Part shown: in pieces, positions 49,277-58,752 of the stretch
Position numbering within the stretch: the first letter of the stretch is position 1
Layout of the letters: the number at the start of each line of letters is the position of its first letter
From: an uncultured Methylomirabilota bacterium
GTDB lineage: Bacteria; Methylomirabilota; Methylomirabilia; Methylomirabilales; 2-02-FULL-66-22
Assembly: GCA_963845565.1 (NCBI GenBank)
Contig: CAWJSJ010000002.1
Location: 1,536,001-1,600,000, forward strand
DNA: 64,000 nucleotides
Direction: 5' to 3'
Notes under the pieces: generated by a model
Databases searched by the model: none
Seen by the model: only the letters and a program-made list of their open reading frames with translations
What the model was told of the DNA's origin: nothing
Position numbers and translations under genes: made by a program

Positions 49277-50485
49277 TCAGCGCCCGGCGGGCGGGGGATT
49301 CGGCCGGCGGGGAGCGGTGAGCCAGAGGAGCCCGGGCGTGAGGACGGTCGTGGCGAGCGCGATCCAGAGCGCCGCGGCATAGCTCCCGGTGACATCGAAG
49401 ATCTTCCCGGCGGACCAGGCGCCGGCGGCGAGCCCCAGGCAGATCACGCCGTAGAGCGTGCCGTAGATCGTGGAGAAGCCCGGCCCTGGGAACAGGTCGC
49501 GGGCGATGGCGGGAAAGACCGGCGACAGCACGCCGTACCCGAACGCGATCAAGACCGCGTACAGGAAGGGCAGCGCGGACGTCGGGTGCTGACCTGCCAG
49601 GACCAGTACCGCAATGCTGGCCGCCACGCAGCCGAAGGCCAGCGTGCAGGTCAGTTCGCGACCCGCACGATCCGAGAAGATGCCCCACCCCACCTTGGCC
49701 CCGATACTGGCCAGGCCGACGGCGCCGCCAACGGTGGCCGCGGTCATCGGCGAAACCCCATGATCCACCAGGTAGGCGACCTGGTGGATCATCAGCATCT
49801 GCGTCGCGAAATTCCCCGTGAAGTACACGGCCGCGACCCCCCAGAAACGCCAGGTTCGCGCGGCGGTCGCCAGGATCCAATGCGCGTCGTTGCTGGGCGC
49901 GGTCCGTGTTCCATCGCGCGAGGGCTCTGGTTTCCCGAAACCGGGAGGATCCCGGATCAGCCAGAGGGCGGCAGGAATCAGCCAGCCGACGGTCAGCGCC
50001 GCCTCCATCCGGAAGGCCCACTGCCAGCCCCAGCGATCGATCACGATCTGCGCCAGGGGGATCAGACCCAGGATCCCGACCCCGATCCCGGCCGAGGCGA
50101 CACCCATGGCGGTGCCGAAGCGCCGGGGGAACCATCCCTGAACCAGGATGACGGCCGGCACCCATCCGGCCAGGCTGATCCCCACCGCGGTGACTCCGGC
50201 GAATGCCAGGTACAGATGCCACCACACCCGCGTCTCCGCGGTGAGGGCGAGGCCGATTCCCATCACCACGCCGCCCGCCAAGAAGAGACGCCGCGGGCCG
50301 TACCGACGCGCCATCCAGCCGATGAGCGGACCCAGGCCTCCATGGACGAGGACCAGGAGCGAAAAGGCCCCAGCGACCAGCGAGCGGCTCCAGCCGAAAT
50401 GCTGGACCAGCGCAACCAGAAACACCGAGTAGGAGTACCAGACCCCGTAGGTGACCACCAGGGTGCCGAAGGTGACGGCGACCAT
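49277..50485 (-). CDS. MFS transporter paralog 4 (OFA/YbfB-like); start uncertain
   Basis: YSYSVFLVALV..FGWSRS, HQVAYLVDHG, SDRAGRE, GKIFDVTGSY; first ATG overlaps the upstream TGA. Confidence 0.88.
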   Translation of the reverse strand: MVAVTFGTLVVTYGVWYSYSVFLVALVQHFGWSRSLVAGAFSLLVLVHGGLGPLIGWMARRYGPRRLFLAGGVVMGIGLALTAETRVWWHLYLAFAGVTAVGISLAGWVPAVILVQGWFPRRFGTAMGVASAGIGVGILGLIPLAQIVIDRWGWQWAFRMEAALTVGWLIPAALWLIRDPPGFGKPEPSRDGTRTAPSNDAHWILATAARTWRFWGVAAVYFTGNFATQMLMIHQVAYLVDHGVSPMTAATVGGAVGLASIGAKVGWGIFSDRAGRELTCTLAFGCVAASIAVLVLAGQHPTSALPFLYAVLIAFGYGVLSPVFPAIARDLFPGPGFSTIYGTLYGVICLGLAAGAWSAGKIFDVTGSYAAALWIALATTVLTPGLLWLTAPRRPNPPPAGR

Positions 50486-51828
50486 CAGCCAGCCGCGCGC
50501 GTCCTGGGGTTCCTCGACTGGGCCGTCTCGTTCCGCCGCGACCGTTTCGCCATTGGGCAGCGGGACGATCGTGCTCGTTTCGGCGGCGGATTCGGCCGCC
50601 GTGGGGCCACCACCCAGAGGAGCGCACACGAGAAGCAGGTCAACGCGGCGGCACCCCACATGGCCGCGGCGTAGCTGCCGGTGAGATCGAACACCTTGCC
50701 GCCCGCCCAGGCGCCGGCCGCCGTGCCGAGCCCCAGCGCGATGTGAATGGTGCCGAAGATCGTCGAAAACCCCCGCCCGCCGAAGAGGTCGCTGGACGCG
50801 GCGGGGGTAAACGGCGCCGTGATGGCATACCCGATCCCGAGGACGACGCCATAGAGATAGGGGATTATCGAGAGCGGATGTGCGCCGGCAAGGACCAGGG
50901 CTCCGATGCTCACCAGGACGCTCGCCGAGGCGAGGTTGTAGACCACCTCCCGCGGCTTTCGATCCATCAGGTATCCCCAGCCGGCCTTTCCGGCGATGCT
51001 GGTCAGCCCGACGATGCCGCCGACGGTCGCGGCGACCATGGCGGGGACCCCGTGATCCACCAGGTAGGCCACCTGATGGATCATGAAGAGGGTGACTGCG
51101 CTGTTGCCCGTGAAGAGGACGAGGCCGAGCCCCCAGAACTTCCACGACCGTACGGCGAGCGTCAGCGTCCAATACGGCGCATGCGGGGGCGACGTCGGCG
51201 GCGGCGACGCAGCCGTGCCGGCCGCCGGACCCGCGCCGCGGGGCCGCTCCCGTAGCAGCCAGAGGGTCGCCGGAACGAGCCAACTCACCACCGCGAGGCC
51301 CAGCGCCCGGTAGGCCCAGCGCCAGCCCACGTGGTCGATCAGAAGCTGACACACAGGGACCAGGATGGTGATACCCATGCTGATCCCGGCCGTGGCAATG
51401 CCGACCGCGGTGCCGATCCGCGCAGGGAACCAGCCCCGGATGAGGATCACCAGCGGGACATACCCGCTGAACCCAACCCCGACGGCCGTGATGACGCCGA
51501 AGCTCAAATAGAGCTGCCAGGGTTCGGCCGTCTCGGCGGTGAGCGCGAGGCCGAGCGCTACGATCCCGCCGCCGGCCATGATGACGCGGCGCGGGCCGAA
51601 CCGCTCGGCGATCGGACCGAAGAAGGGGCCGACCACCGCATGCACCAGCGCGAACACCGAGAACGCCCCGGCGGTCACCGACCGGCTCCAGCCAAACTCC
51701 TTGAGGAGGGCCACCAGAAAAACGGAAAAGCTGTACCAGAGCCCATACAGCAGGGCCATGGTGACGAAGGCCGCCCCGACGACGACCCAGCCCCACCGGT
51801 CTTGACTTGCCGACGGCGAATGGTTCAT
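50485..51828 (-). CDS. MFS transporter paralog 3
   Basis: Same motifs; ATGA overlap with the paralog 2 stop; about 30 aa atypical C-terminal tail. Confidence 0.9.
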   Translation of the reverse strand: MNHSPSASQDRWGWVVVGAAFVTMALLYGLWYSFSVFLVALLKEFGWSRSVTAGAFSVFALVHAVVGPFFGPIAERFGPRRVIMAGGGIVALGLALTAETAEPWQLYLSFGVITAVGVGFSGYVPLVILIRGWFPARIGTAVGIATAGISMGITILVPVCQLLIDHVGWRWAYRALGLAVVSWLVPATLWLLRERPRGAGPAAGTAASPPPTSPPHAPYWTLTLAVRSWKFWGLGLVLFTGNSAVTLFMIHQVAYLVDHGVPAMVAATVGGIVGLTSIAGKAGWGYLMDRKPREVVYNLASASVLVSIGALVLAGAHPLSIIPYLYGVVLGIGYAITAPFTPAASSDLFGGRGFSTIFGTIHIALGLGTAAGAWAGGKVFDLTGSYAAAMWGAAALTCFSCALLWVVAPRRPNPPPKRARSSRCPMAKRSRRNETAQSRNPRTRAAG

Positions 51829-53090
51829 GGCTGACGGCTCGCGCTCGGCGGCGGATGCGGGTGGCGCGGGGCGGCGACCCACATCATCGCGGGGGCGATG
51901 ATCGCGTTGACCAAGGCCACCCAGAGCGCCCAGGTGTAGCTCCCGGTCCAGTCGAAGATCTTGCCTGCTCCCCAGGAGCCGAGCGCCGCGCCGAGGCACA
52001 GCAGCATGTGCAGGGAGCCGAAGATGGTCGAAAACCCCGGCCCGCCGAAGAGGTCGCTGGCCGCCGCCGGCGTCAGTGGCGCGGTCCCGGCGTACCCCAG
52101 TCCGATCAGGACGGCGTAGAGATAGGGCAGCAGCGTGGTCGGATACCACCCGGCCAACACCAGGGCTCCCACGCTGGCCGCGGTGCAGGTGAAGGAGAAG
52201 GTGTAGGCCAGCTCCCGTCCGGTCCGGTCCGAGAGCGATCCCCAGACGATCTTGCCCACGATGCTGGCCGCCCCCACGACGCCGCCCACCGCCGCTGCCG
52301 CGAGGGCGGAGACGCCGTGGTCCACCAGGAAGGCGACTTGATGGACCAGGAGCATCTGCGTGACGACGTTCCCGGTGAAAAAGACCGCGGCGAGGGCCCA
52401 GTAGCGCCCATCACGAAGCGCCAGCGCCAGCGTCCAATGCGTCGGCGGTTGCGAGATTCCCCGTGCGGTGTCGGCCGTGACCGGCGCCTCGAGAGACACG
52501 GGGTCGCGCACCAGCCAGAAGGTGGCGGGCAAGACCCAGCCGACGATCAGGACGGCCAGAATCCGGAAGGCCCAGCGCCAGCCCACCCAGCCAATGAGGT
52601 ATTGGGCAAGTGGGACCAGGCCGGAGATCCCGATGCCGATCCCCGCCGAGGCAATGCCCACCGCGGTGCCGACCTGGGAGGGGAACCACCCCCGCACGCA
52701 GAAGACCGACGGCAGCCATCCAGACATGCTGATTCCGGCGGCCGTGACGATGCCGAAGGCAAGGTACAGGTGCCACCAGGCTTGCGTCTCCGCCGCGAGG
52801 AGGAGCCCGCCGCCCAGGAGTAGCGTGCCGCACAGGATCAGGCGTCGCGGCCCCGTGCGGGCGGCCACCCAGCCGATCATCGGGCTCAGCGAGCCGTGAA
52901 AGAGGACGAAGAGCGAGAAGCCGCCGGCCACCACCGACCGGCTCCAGCCGAAGTCCTTGAGCAGGGCCACCAGGAAGACGGAATAAGAGTACCAGGCCCC
53001 GTACACCATGGCGAGGTTGACGAAGAGGGCCCACAAAATGATCCAGCGGCGCCGCTGCGTTGTTTCTATCGCGTTGCGAGTGGGTCCCAC
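51825..53090 (-). CDS. MFS transporter paralog 2
   Basis: Same motifs; probable GTG start after GGGAG. Confidence 0.9.
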   Translation of the reverse strand: MGPTRNAIETTQRRRWIILWALFVNLAMVYGAWYSYSVFLVALLKDFGWSRSVVAGGFSLFVLFHGSLSPMIGWVAARTGPRRLILCGTLLLGGGLLLAAETQAWWHLYLAFGIVTAAGISMSGWLPSVFCVRGWFPSQVGTAVGIASAGIGIGISGLVPLAQYLIGWVGWRWAFRILAVLIVGWVLPATFWLVRDPVSLEAPVTADTARGISQPPTHWTLALALRDGRYWALAAVFFTGNVVTQMLLVHQVAFLVDHGVSALAAAAVGGVVGAASIVGKIVWGSLSDRTGRELAYTFSFTCTAASVGALVLAGWYPTTLLPYLYAVLIGLGYAGTAPLTPAAASDLFGGPGFSTIFGSLHMLLCLGAALGSWGAGKIFDWTGSYTWALWVALVNAIIAPAMMWVAAPRHPHPPPSASRQP

Positions 53091-53175
53091 GTCTCGTGCA
53101 CTCCCGCCGCACACGTTCACGGGTCGCGGCGCACCGTAAGGGTCAGACGCGCGCGAGGACCCGCGCGATGCGTTC

Positions 53176-54432
53176 TCAGCCGCGACCCGCCGCCCGCCGT
53201 GGGGCAACGCTCCACATCAGCAGGGGCGACAGCACCGCCATGGCAAGCCCCAACCAGAGGGCTCCGGCGTAGCTCCCGCTGGCGTCGAAGATCAGCCCGG
53301 CGCTCCAGGTCCCGGTGGCGAGGCCGAGGCCACCAACCGTGTATATGGTGCTGAAGATCATCGAAAAGCCCGGACCGGCGAACAGGTCATGAGCAACAGC
53401 GGGCAGCAGGGGCGCCATGGCCGCATAACCGATGCCGATGAGGACGGCGTACAGGTGCGGGAAATAGGATGTCGGATACCAGCCGGCCAGGACCAACCCC
53501 CCGATGCTGGCGGCCACAAACGCGAAGGCGAGGCCGTATGCCAGCGGCCGGGTGGTCCGATCGGAGAGCGCGCCCCAGCCGATTTTCCCGCCGATACTGA
53601 CCAGCCCGACGGCTCCTCCAAGAGCTGCCGCGATCATGACGGGCACGCCGTGATCCACCAGGTAGGCCACCTGGTGGATCAAGAGCATCTGCGTGACGAA
53701 GTTGCCCGTGAAGTAGACGCCAGCCACCCCCCAGAACTGCCACGTTCGGACGGCGCCGGCGAGGGTCCAGTATCCAACCCTCGATCCCCCGCGCTCACCG
53801 TGCTTGGAGAAGGCGCCACCGACTTTGGGCTGATCGATGGGCGGCGGATCGCGAACCAGACATAGCGTCGCGGGCAGCACCCAGCCGACGACCGCCACCG
53901 CCAGGATGCGATAGGCCCAGCGCCAGCCGAACATTTCGATGAGCAGTTGGGCCAGAGGGATCAGCGCAAAGATGCTCACGCCGATGCCGCTTCCCATGAT
54001 ACCGATTGCCGTTCCGTATCGATTCGGGAACCAGCCGCCCACGAGGACGACCGACGGGATCCATCCAGCCAGGCTCATAGCGACAGCCGCGAGGATCCCG
54101 AATGCCAGGTAGAGGTGCCACCATTGCGTGGTTTCCGCCATGAGGAACATCGCGGTACCCATCAGCAGAGCGCCGGCGATGGTCAGGCGTCGTGGTCCAT
54201 ACCACCGCAGCAGCCACCCGATAACCGGCCCGAGGAGGCCGTGCACCATCACAAAGGTCGAGAAGGCACCCGATACGAGGGAGCGGCTCCAACCAAATTC
54301 GCGCAGGAAGGTGACCAGAAAGACCGAATAGCCATACCAGACGCCGTACATAAGGATCGTCGTGATGAAGGTCACGGCGAGGACGATCCAGCCGCGTTTG
54401 GCAGGGTGGGACACGCTAGGATCGAGCGGCAT
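53176..54432 (-). CDS. MFS transporter paralog 1
   Basis: YGYSVFLVTFLREFGWSRS, HQVAYLVDHG, LSDR, GLIFDASGSY. Confidence 0.92.
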   Translation of the reverse strand: MPLDPSVSHPAKRGWIVLAVTFITTILMYGVWYGYSVFLVTFLREFGWSRSLVSGAFSTFVMVHGLLGPVIGWLLRWYGPRRLTIAGALLMGTAMFLMAETTQWWHLYLAFGILAAVAMSLAGWIPSVVLVGGWFPNRYGTAIGIMGSGIGVSIFALIPLAQLLIEMFGWRWAYRILAVAVVGWVLPATLCLVRDPPPIDQPKVGGAFSKHGERGGSRVGYWTLAGAVRTWQFWGVAGVYFTGNFVTQMLLIHQVAYLVDHGVPVMIAAALGGAVGLVSIGGKIGWGALSDRTTRPLAYGLAFAFVAASIGGLVLAGWYPTSYFPHLYAVLIGIGYAAMAPLLPAVAHDLFAGPGFSMIFSTIYTVGGLGLATGTWSAGLIFDASGSYAGALWLGLAMAVLSPLLMWSVAPRRAAGRG

Positions 54433-54704
54433 CAGGGGTGAAATCCTCCGGCGTTTATCAGATCAAAACAATATATCATGAATCAAATCCCGAACAATGT
54501 CGAGCAACGGGGTGGAATTGATCGCCTGACCAGACGCCGTCGGTCTTTCCAGGGAGCGCCACGCCGAGAGGCAGCGAGCCCTCCAAGGGGGGTGCGCGGT
54601 CGCGTTGCCCGCGCGAAGCCTCTGGAAACTCCTCGCTTTTTACCGACTGCGCGGATTAGAATACACGCTATGTGTGCCCGACAGCAGCCTCAGGAAGCGC
54701 AGCG

Positions 54705-56657
54705 GTGACCCGCCTGGTCAAGTGGGGTGGCATCGTCCTCGGCGGGCTCCTGCTGCTGGCGGTCCTGGCCGCGGCAGTGTTGCCCTCGCTGGTGAACCTG
54801 GAGCGGTATCGCACCCTCCTGGCCCAGCGGGTCGGCAAGACGCTGGGTCGCGAGGTGACCCTGGGCGCTCTGCGGATCAGCCTGTGGCGGGGAGTCGGCG
54901 CCGAGGTCGAAGGCATCCAGGTCGGACAGGCGCCCGGGTTCGGCGCCGAACCGCTGCTGTCCGCGGAGGCCCTCCGGGTCAGCGTCCAACTGCTTCCCCT
55001 CTTGCAGGGCCAGGTGAAGGTGACCAGCGCCGTGTTGGAGCGGCCCCGAGTTCGCCTCGTGCACGCCCAGGACGGACACTGGAGCGTGGACGACCTGTTC
55101 AAAGGCCCCGCTCCCCAGGGCCCGGCCCGGCCGCAGGTCGAGGGTACGCGCCCCGGGAAGGCGCCGCTCTTGGGGGGGCTCGTCCTGTCCCAGCTTGCCG
55201 TTCGGAACGGGGAAATCACCCTGGTGGAGCAGTCCCAGTCCGCCCCCGTCAGCGTGACCCTCGCCGACCTCGATCTCACCCTGCGGCAGAGCAGCCCCTC
55301 CGACCCGATCGAGCTTCGGTCGCGCGCCCGCCTCGCGGGGGCGGTGATCGGCCAGATCGAGGCGAAAGCCCAGATCGTCCTTGGGGATAGGAATGGCCCC
55401 AGCCTGGATGGGACCGCAACCCTCGCCGGCGTGGAGTTCAAGGCCTGGCAAGCCGTCCTGGGCGGAGGTCAGGACGGACCTCCCCTCAAGGGGCCCTTCT
55501 CCGGCGAGGTCCGCCTCGCCGGACCGCTGGCGCGCACCGCCTTCAGCGGCAGCCTGAACCTGAAACCGACGGGGATCCGGATCGGCGGCGCGTTCCAGAA
55601 GTCCGCCGGGGAGGATGCGCAGGTCACGTTCCAGGGGCAGCGCGAGGATCGAGGGCTCCGTTTCACCAAGTTATCGGTGGCCTTCCGGGATATGACGCTG
55701 GAGGGGACCGTGCACCTGCCCGATGTCAGGGTTCCCCGGATCACCTTCACGGCCGCGTCGCCCCAGCTGCGCCTGGACCGATTGCTGGCGCCCGGGCCGG
55801 CCCCGCAGACCCGGACATCGTCGGGCCTGGCCTGGGCGGCGGCCCCGAGTCCGGACGTGTCCGCATCGGGAGGTGCGGCCGGCCTGAGCGCCCAGGGACG
55901 GGTGAACGTGGGCGAGCTGACATATAAGGGGCTCACCTGGAGCGGTGTGGAGGTGGCCGTTCGGTATCGCGACGGCGTGCTGCAGCTGCCCGACATCCGG
56001 GCGACGTTTGTCCAAGGGACGGTGCGGGCGAAGGGCGAGGTGGACCTCCGGCCGAAGATCCCGCACGTGTCGCTCACGTCGCGCTTGGAGAAGGCGGCCA
56101 CCGAGCCCCTGGTCAAGGCGCTGGCGCTCGGCTCGTGGAAGCTGACGAGCGGCCTGGACTTCGACGGCCAGACGGAATTCGCGGGCCTGGCCTGGCCCGA
56201 CGCACTGGGGACCGCCAGCGGGAGCGGGGCGATCCTGCTGCGTCAAGGACGCCTCACCGATTACCGGCCGCTCGACCGGCTGGCAGAGGCGATCGGGCCA
56301 TTCCTGGCGGCGCAGGGGGTACATGTCCGTCTCAACGAGTTCGATCAGCTCGGCGGCCATTACACCCTGGACAAAGGCGTGGTCCGGACGACGGATCTCA
56401 CCCTCACCAAGCCGGAAGGAACGATCACCGCAGTCGGCGCGCTCGGCCTCTTGGATCTGAGCCTGGACTTCGACGTCGTGGCGAAGTTCGGCCGGGCGAC
56501 GATGGAGGCGAAGGTGACCGGCACCACGGCGCAGCCGGTCGTCGTGCCCAAGACGGCGCGGCTCCAGCGTCGCTTCGAGACCGAGCTCGACAAGATCCTG
56601 CCCGAGGGGCAAAGCCGCCCTCTCAAGGAACTCTTCAAGGGTTTGTTCGGTCGGTAG
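54705..56657 (+). CDS. AsmA family protein
   Basis: N-terminal TM anchor, TLGREVTL, LLPLLQGQVKV..LERPRVRL...G.W, beta-rich body, AsmA-like C-terminus. Confidence 0.85.
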   Translation: MTRLVKWGGIVLGGLLLLAVLAAAVLPSLVNLERYRTLLAQRVGKTLGREVTLGALRISLWRGVGAEVEGIQVGQAPGFGAEPLLSAEALRVSVQLLPLLQGQVKVTSAVLERPRVRLVHAQDGHWSVDDLFKGPAPQGPARPQVEGTRPGKAPLLGGLVLSQLAVRNGEITLVEQSQSAPVSVTLADLDLTLRQSSPSDPIELRSRARLAGAVIGQIEAKAQIVLGDRNGPSLDGTATLAGVEFKAWQAVLGGGQDGPPLKGPFSGEVRLAGPLARTAFSGSLNLKPTGIRIGGAFQKSAGEDAQVTFQGQREDRGLRFTKLSVAFRDMTLEGTVHLPDVRVPRITFTAASPQLRLDRLLAPGPAPQTRTSSGLAWAAAPSPDVSASGGAAGLSAQGRVNVGELTYKGLTWSGVEVAVRYRDGVLQLPDIRATFVQGTVRAKGEVDLRPKIPHVSLTSRLEKAATEPLVKALALGSWKLTSGLDFDGQTEFAGLAWPDALGTASGSGAILLRQGRLTDYRPLDRLAEAIGPFLAAQGVHVRLNEFDQLGGHYTLDKGVVRTTDLTLTKPEGTITAVGALGLLDLSLDFDVVAKFGRATMEAKVTGTTAQPVVVPKTARLQRRFETELDKILPEGQSRPLKELFKGLFGR

Positions 56658-56673
56658 AGGACCTTCGCGCGCT

Positions 56674-57708
56674 ATGATCCTGGCGCTCGTCACCCCACAT
56701 TACTTCCCCTCGGTGCGTGGAAACTCCATCACGGTACAGCGGATCGAGTCCGGTCTGCGGGACCACGGGGTTGAGGTGCAGGTCTTCTCCCTGGACCGGC
56801 AGAACGAGGCCGGCATCCTGGCCGCCCTCCGGCACGCCCGGCCGGACGTGGTGCACGGGTTTCACGCCACCGCCTGCGGGCCGCTGATCGGCGAGGCCGC
56901 CCGCGCCCTGAACATCCCGTCGGTGATCACCCTGACCGGGACCGATGTCAATCTGGATCTGTTCGATCCCGCCCGGAGACCGCGGGTCCTGGAGACCCTC
57001 CAGGCGGCGCGGACGGTCGTGGCCTTCCACGACACGATCCGGGCCAAGGTGCGCCGGGAGGCGCCGGCGCTGGCCGGGAAGATCGAGGTCATCGGCCAGG
57101 CGGTGCTGTGCGATGGGTCCCGCTACGATCTGCGCACCGCGCTGGGGCTGCATCCCGGCGATTTCGTGTTCTTCCAGCCGGCCGGCATCCGGCGGGTCAA
57201 GAACATCCCCTTCGTCCTGTCACCGCTCATGGCGCTGCACCGGCGCTACCCGGACATGAAGTACGTCCTGGCCGGCCCCGTCATCGAGCCGGACGAGGCG
57301 GCGCGGGTGACGGAGTTGCTGCGGGACCTTCCCTGGGCGAGCTACCTCGGGGCGGTGGACCACGACCAGATCTGCGCCAGCCTATCGGCCGTGGAGGTGG
57401 CCATCAACTCCTCGCATTCGGAAGGCGGGATGTCCAATGCCGTCCTGGAGGCGATGAGCAAGGGGGTTCCGGTGTTGGCCTCCGACATCGAGGGGAATCG
57501 CTCCGTCATCGCGGACGGCGAGGACGGGTTCTTGTTCGGAACGGCGGCGGAGTTTCTGGCAAAGGCCGAGCGGCTACTGGATGACCCGGCGCTCCGCGCG
57601 GTCATGGGGCGCCGCGCCCGCGTGAAGATCGCGACACAGTTCCGGCTCGAGGGGGAGATCGGCAGGTATCTGGAGCTGTATCGCGGCCTGGTCATCGGGA
57701 GGGGCTAG
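56674..57708 (+). CDS. Family 4 (GT-B) glycosyltransferase, SenB/GLT1D1-like
   Basis: TP...GNxxTxxR, FHA, LTGTD, RRVK, SxSEGGxxxxLEAM, PVLASDIEGN. Confidence 0.85.
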   Translation: MILALVTPHYFPSVRGNSITVQRIESGLRDHGVEVQVFSLDRQNEAGILAALRHARPDVVHGFHATACGPLIGEAARALNIPSVITLTGTDVNLDLFDPARRPRVLETLQAARTVVAFHDTIRAKVRREAPALAGKIEVIGQAVLCDGSRYDLRTALGLHPGDFVFFQPAGIRRVKNIPFVLSPLMALHRRYPDMKYVLAGPVIEPDEAARVTELLRDLPWASYLGAVDHDQICASLSAVEVAINSSHSEGGMSNAVLEAMSKGVPVLASDIEGNRSVIADGEDGFLFGTAAEFLAKAERLLDDPALRAVMGRRARVKIATQFRLEGEIGRYLELYRGLVIGRG

Positions 57709-57712
57709 ACGC

Positions 57713-58639
57713 ATGGACCTCAAGACGCTGGAGGTGTTCTGCCGAATCGTGGAGCTCAAGAGCTTCACCCGGGCGGCGGAGGCCGTCTCCCTCACCCAGC
57801 CGACCGTCAGCGAGCACATCAAGGATCTGGAAGGCGAGCTGGGCTTGCGCCTGCTGGATCGGGCAGGCCGCACGGTGACACCGACCCGGGCGGGCGCCAT
57901 CCTGCACACCTATGCCCGACGGATCCTGGGGTTGCGGGCGGAGGCGGAGCGGGCGATCCGAGAGCACAAGGGGGGACTGACGGGGGAGCTTGCGCTCGGG
58001 GGGAGCAACATCCCCGGGGCGTATCTCTTGCCGCCTCTCATCGCCCTGTTCAAGCGCGACCACCCGGACGCCGTGATCGCGCTGGCCATCAAGGGCTCGC
58101 GGGACATCGTCCGCGGCGTCGGCGACGGAAGTGTCGAGGTGGGCATGGTGGGGGCTCGTTTCGAGGAGGGGCGCGTCCACTACGAGCGGTACGCCGAGGA
58201 CGAGCTCGTGCTGGCGGTGCCGACGGACCACCCCTGGGCCGGCCGGAATGCCGTTCGGCTGCGCGACCTGCTCGGCGAGCCGATCGTCATGCGCGAGCGG
58301 GGATCGGGGACGCGGAAGGTCATGGAGGCCGCGCTGGCCGAGCACGGCTTGGACGGCGACCGGCTGCGGGTGGTCCTGGAGGTCACCAGCAACGAGGCGG
58401 TCCGGCAGGCCATGAAGGCCGGGGCGGGAGTCGCCGTGATCTCTCGGCGGGCCGTCGAGGACGACATCCGCTGCGGCCTGGTGTCCGCGGTCCGCTTTCA
58501 GGGGGTTCGGCTGGTCCGGGACGTCTTCCTGGTGACGCACCGGACCCGGTCGCGGTCGCCGCTGGGCACGGCGTTCGTGGCGTTTCTCCAGGCATCGGCG
58601 GGACCCGCGGCGGGACGCGCGGGAGCGAGCATCCTCTGA
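57713..58639 (+). CDS. LysR family regulator (CysL/selenium-associated type)
   Basis: [53 protein letters not shown]. Confidence 0.92.
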   Translation: MDLKTLEVFCRIVELKSFTRAAEAVSLTQPTVSEHIKDLEGELGLRLLDRAGRTVTPTRAGAILHTYARRILGLRAEAERAIREHKGGLTGELALGGSNIPGAYLLPPLIALFKRDHPDAVIALAIKGSRDIVRGVGDGSVEVGMVGARFEEGRVHYERYAEDELVLAVPTDHPWAGRNAVRLRDLLGEPIVMRERGSGTRKVMEAALAEHGLDGDRLRVVLEVTSNEAVRQAMKAGAGVAVISRRAVEDDIRCGLVSAVRFQGVRLVRDVFLVTHRTRSRSPLGTAFVAFLQASAGPAAGRAGASIL

Positions 58640-58690
58640 CGGGGGTGCGGGTTGGCATCCGCGGGTGGCCTCGGTACGATCCATTATCCC

Positions 58691-58719
58691 TTGCATGCGG
58701 CGCGAGCCTCCACTATTCT
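58691..58719 (+). promoter_or_regulatory. sigma70 promoter for asnS
   Basis: TTGCAT-N17-TATTCT, then GGAGGAG RBS. Confidence 0.55.
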
Positions 58720-58752
58720 GACTCTCCAATTCCCCTTCGGAGGAGACGTCCC

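Noticed and set aside
49277..51796. 839-aa ORF from the track as a single protein
   Set aside because: Its N-terminal half is an off-frame reading of MFS paralog 3
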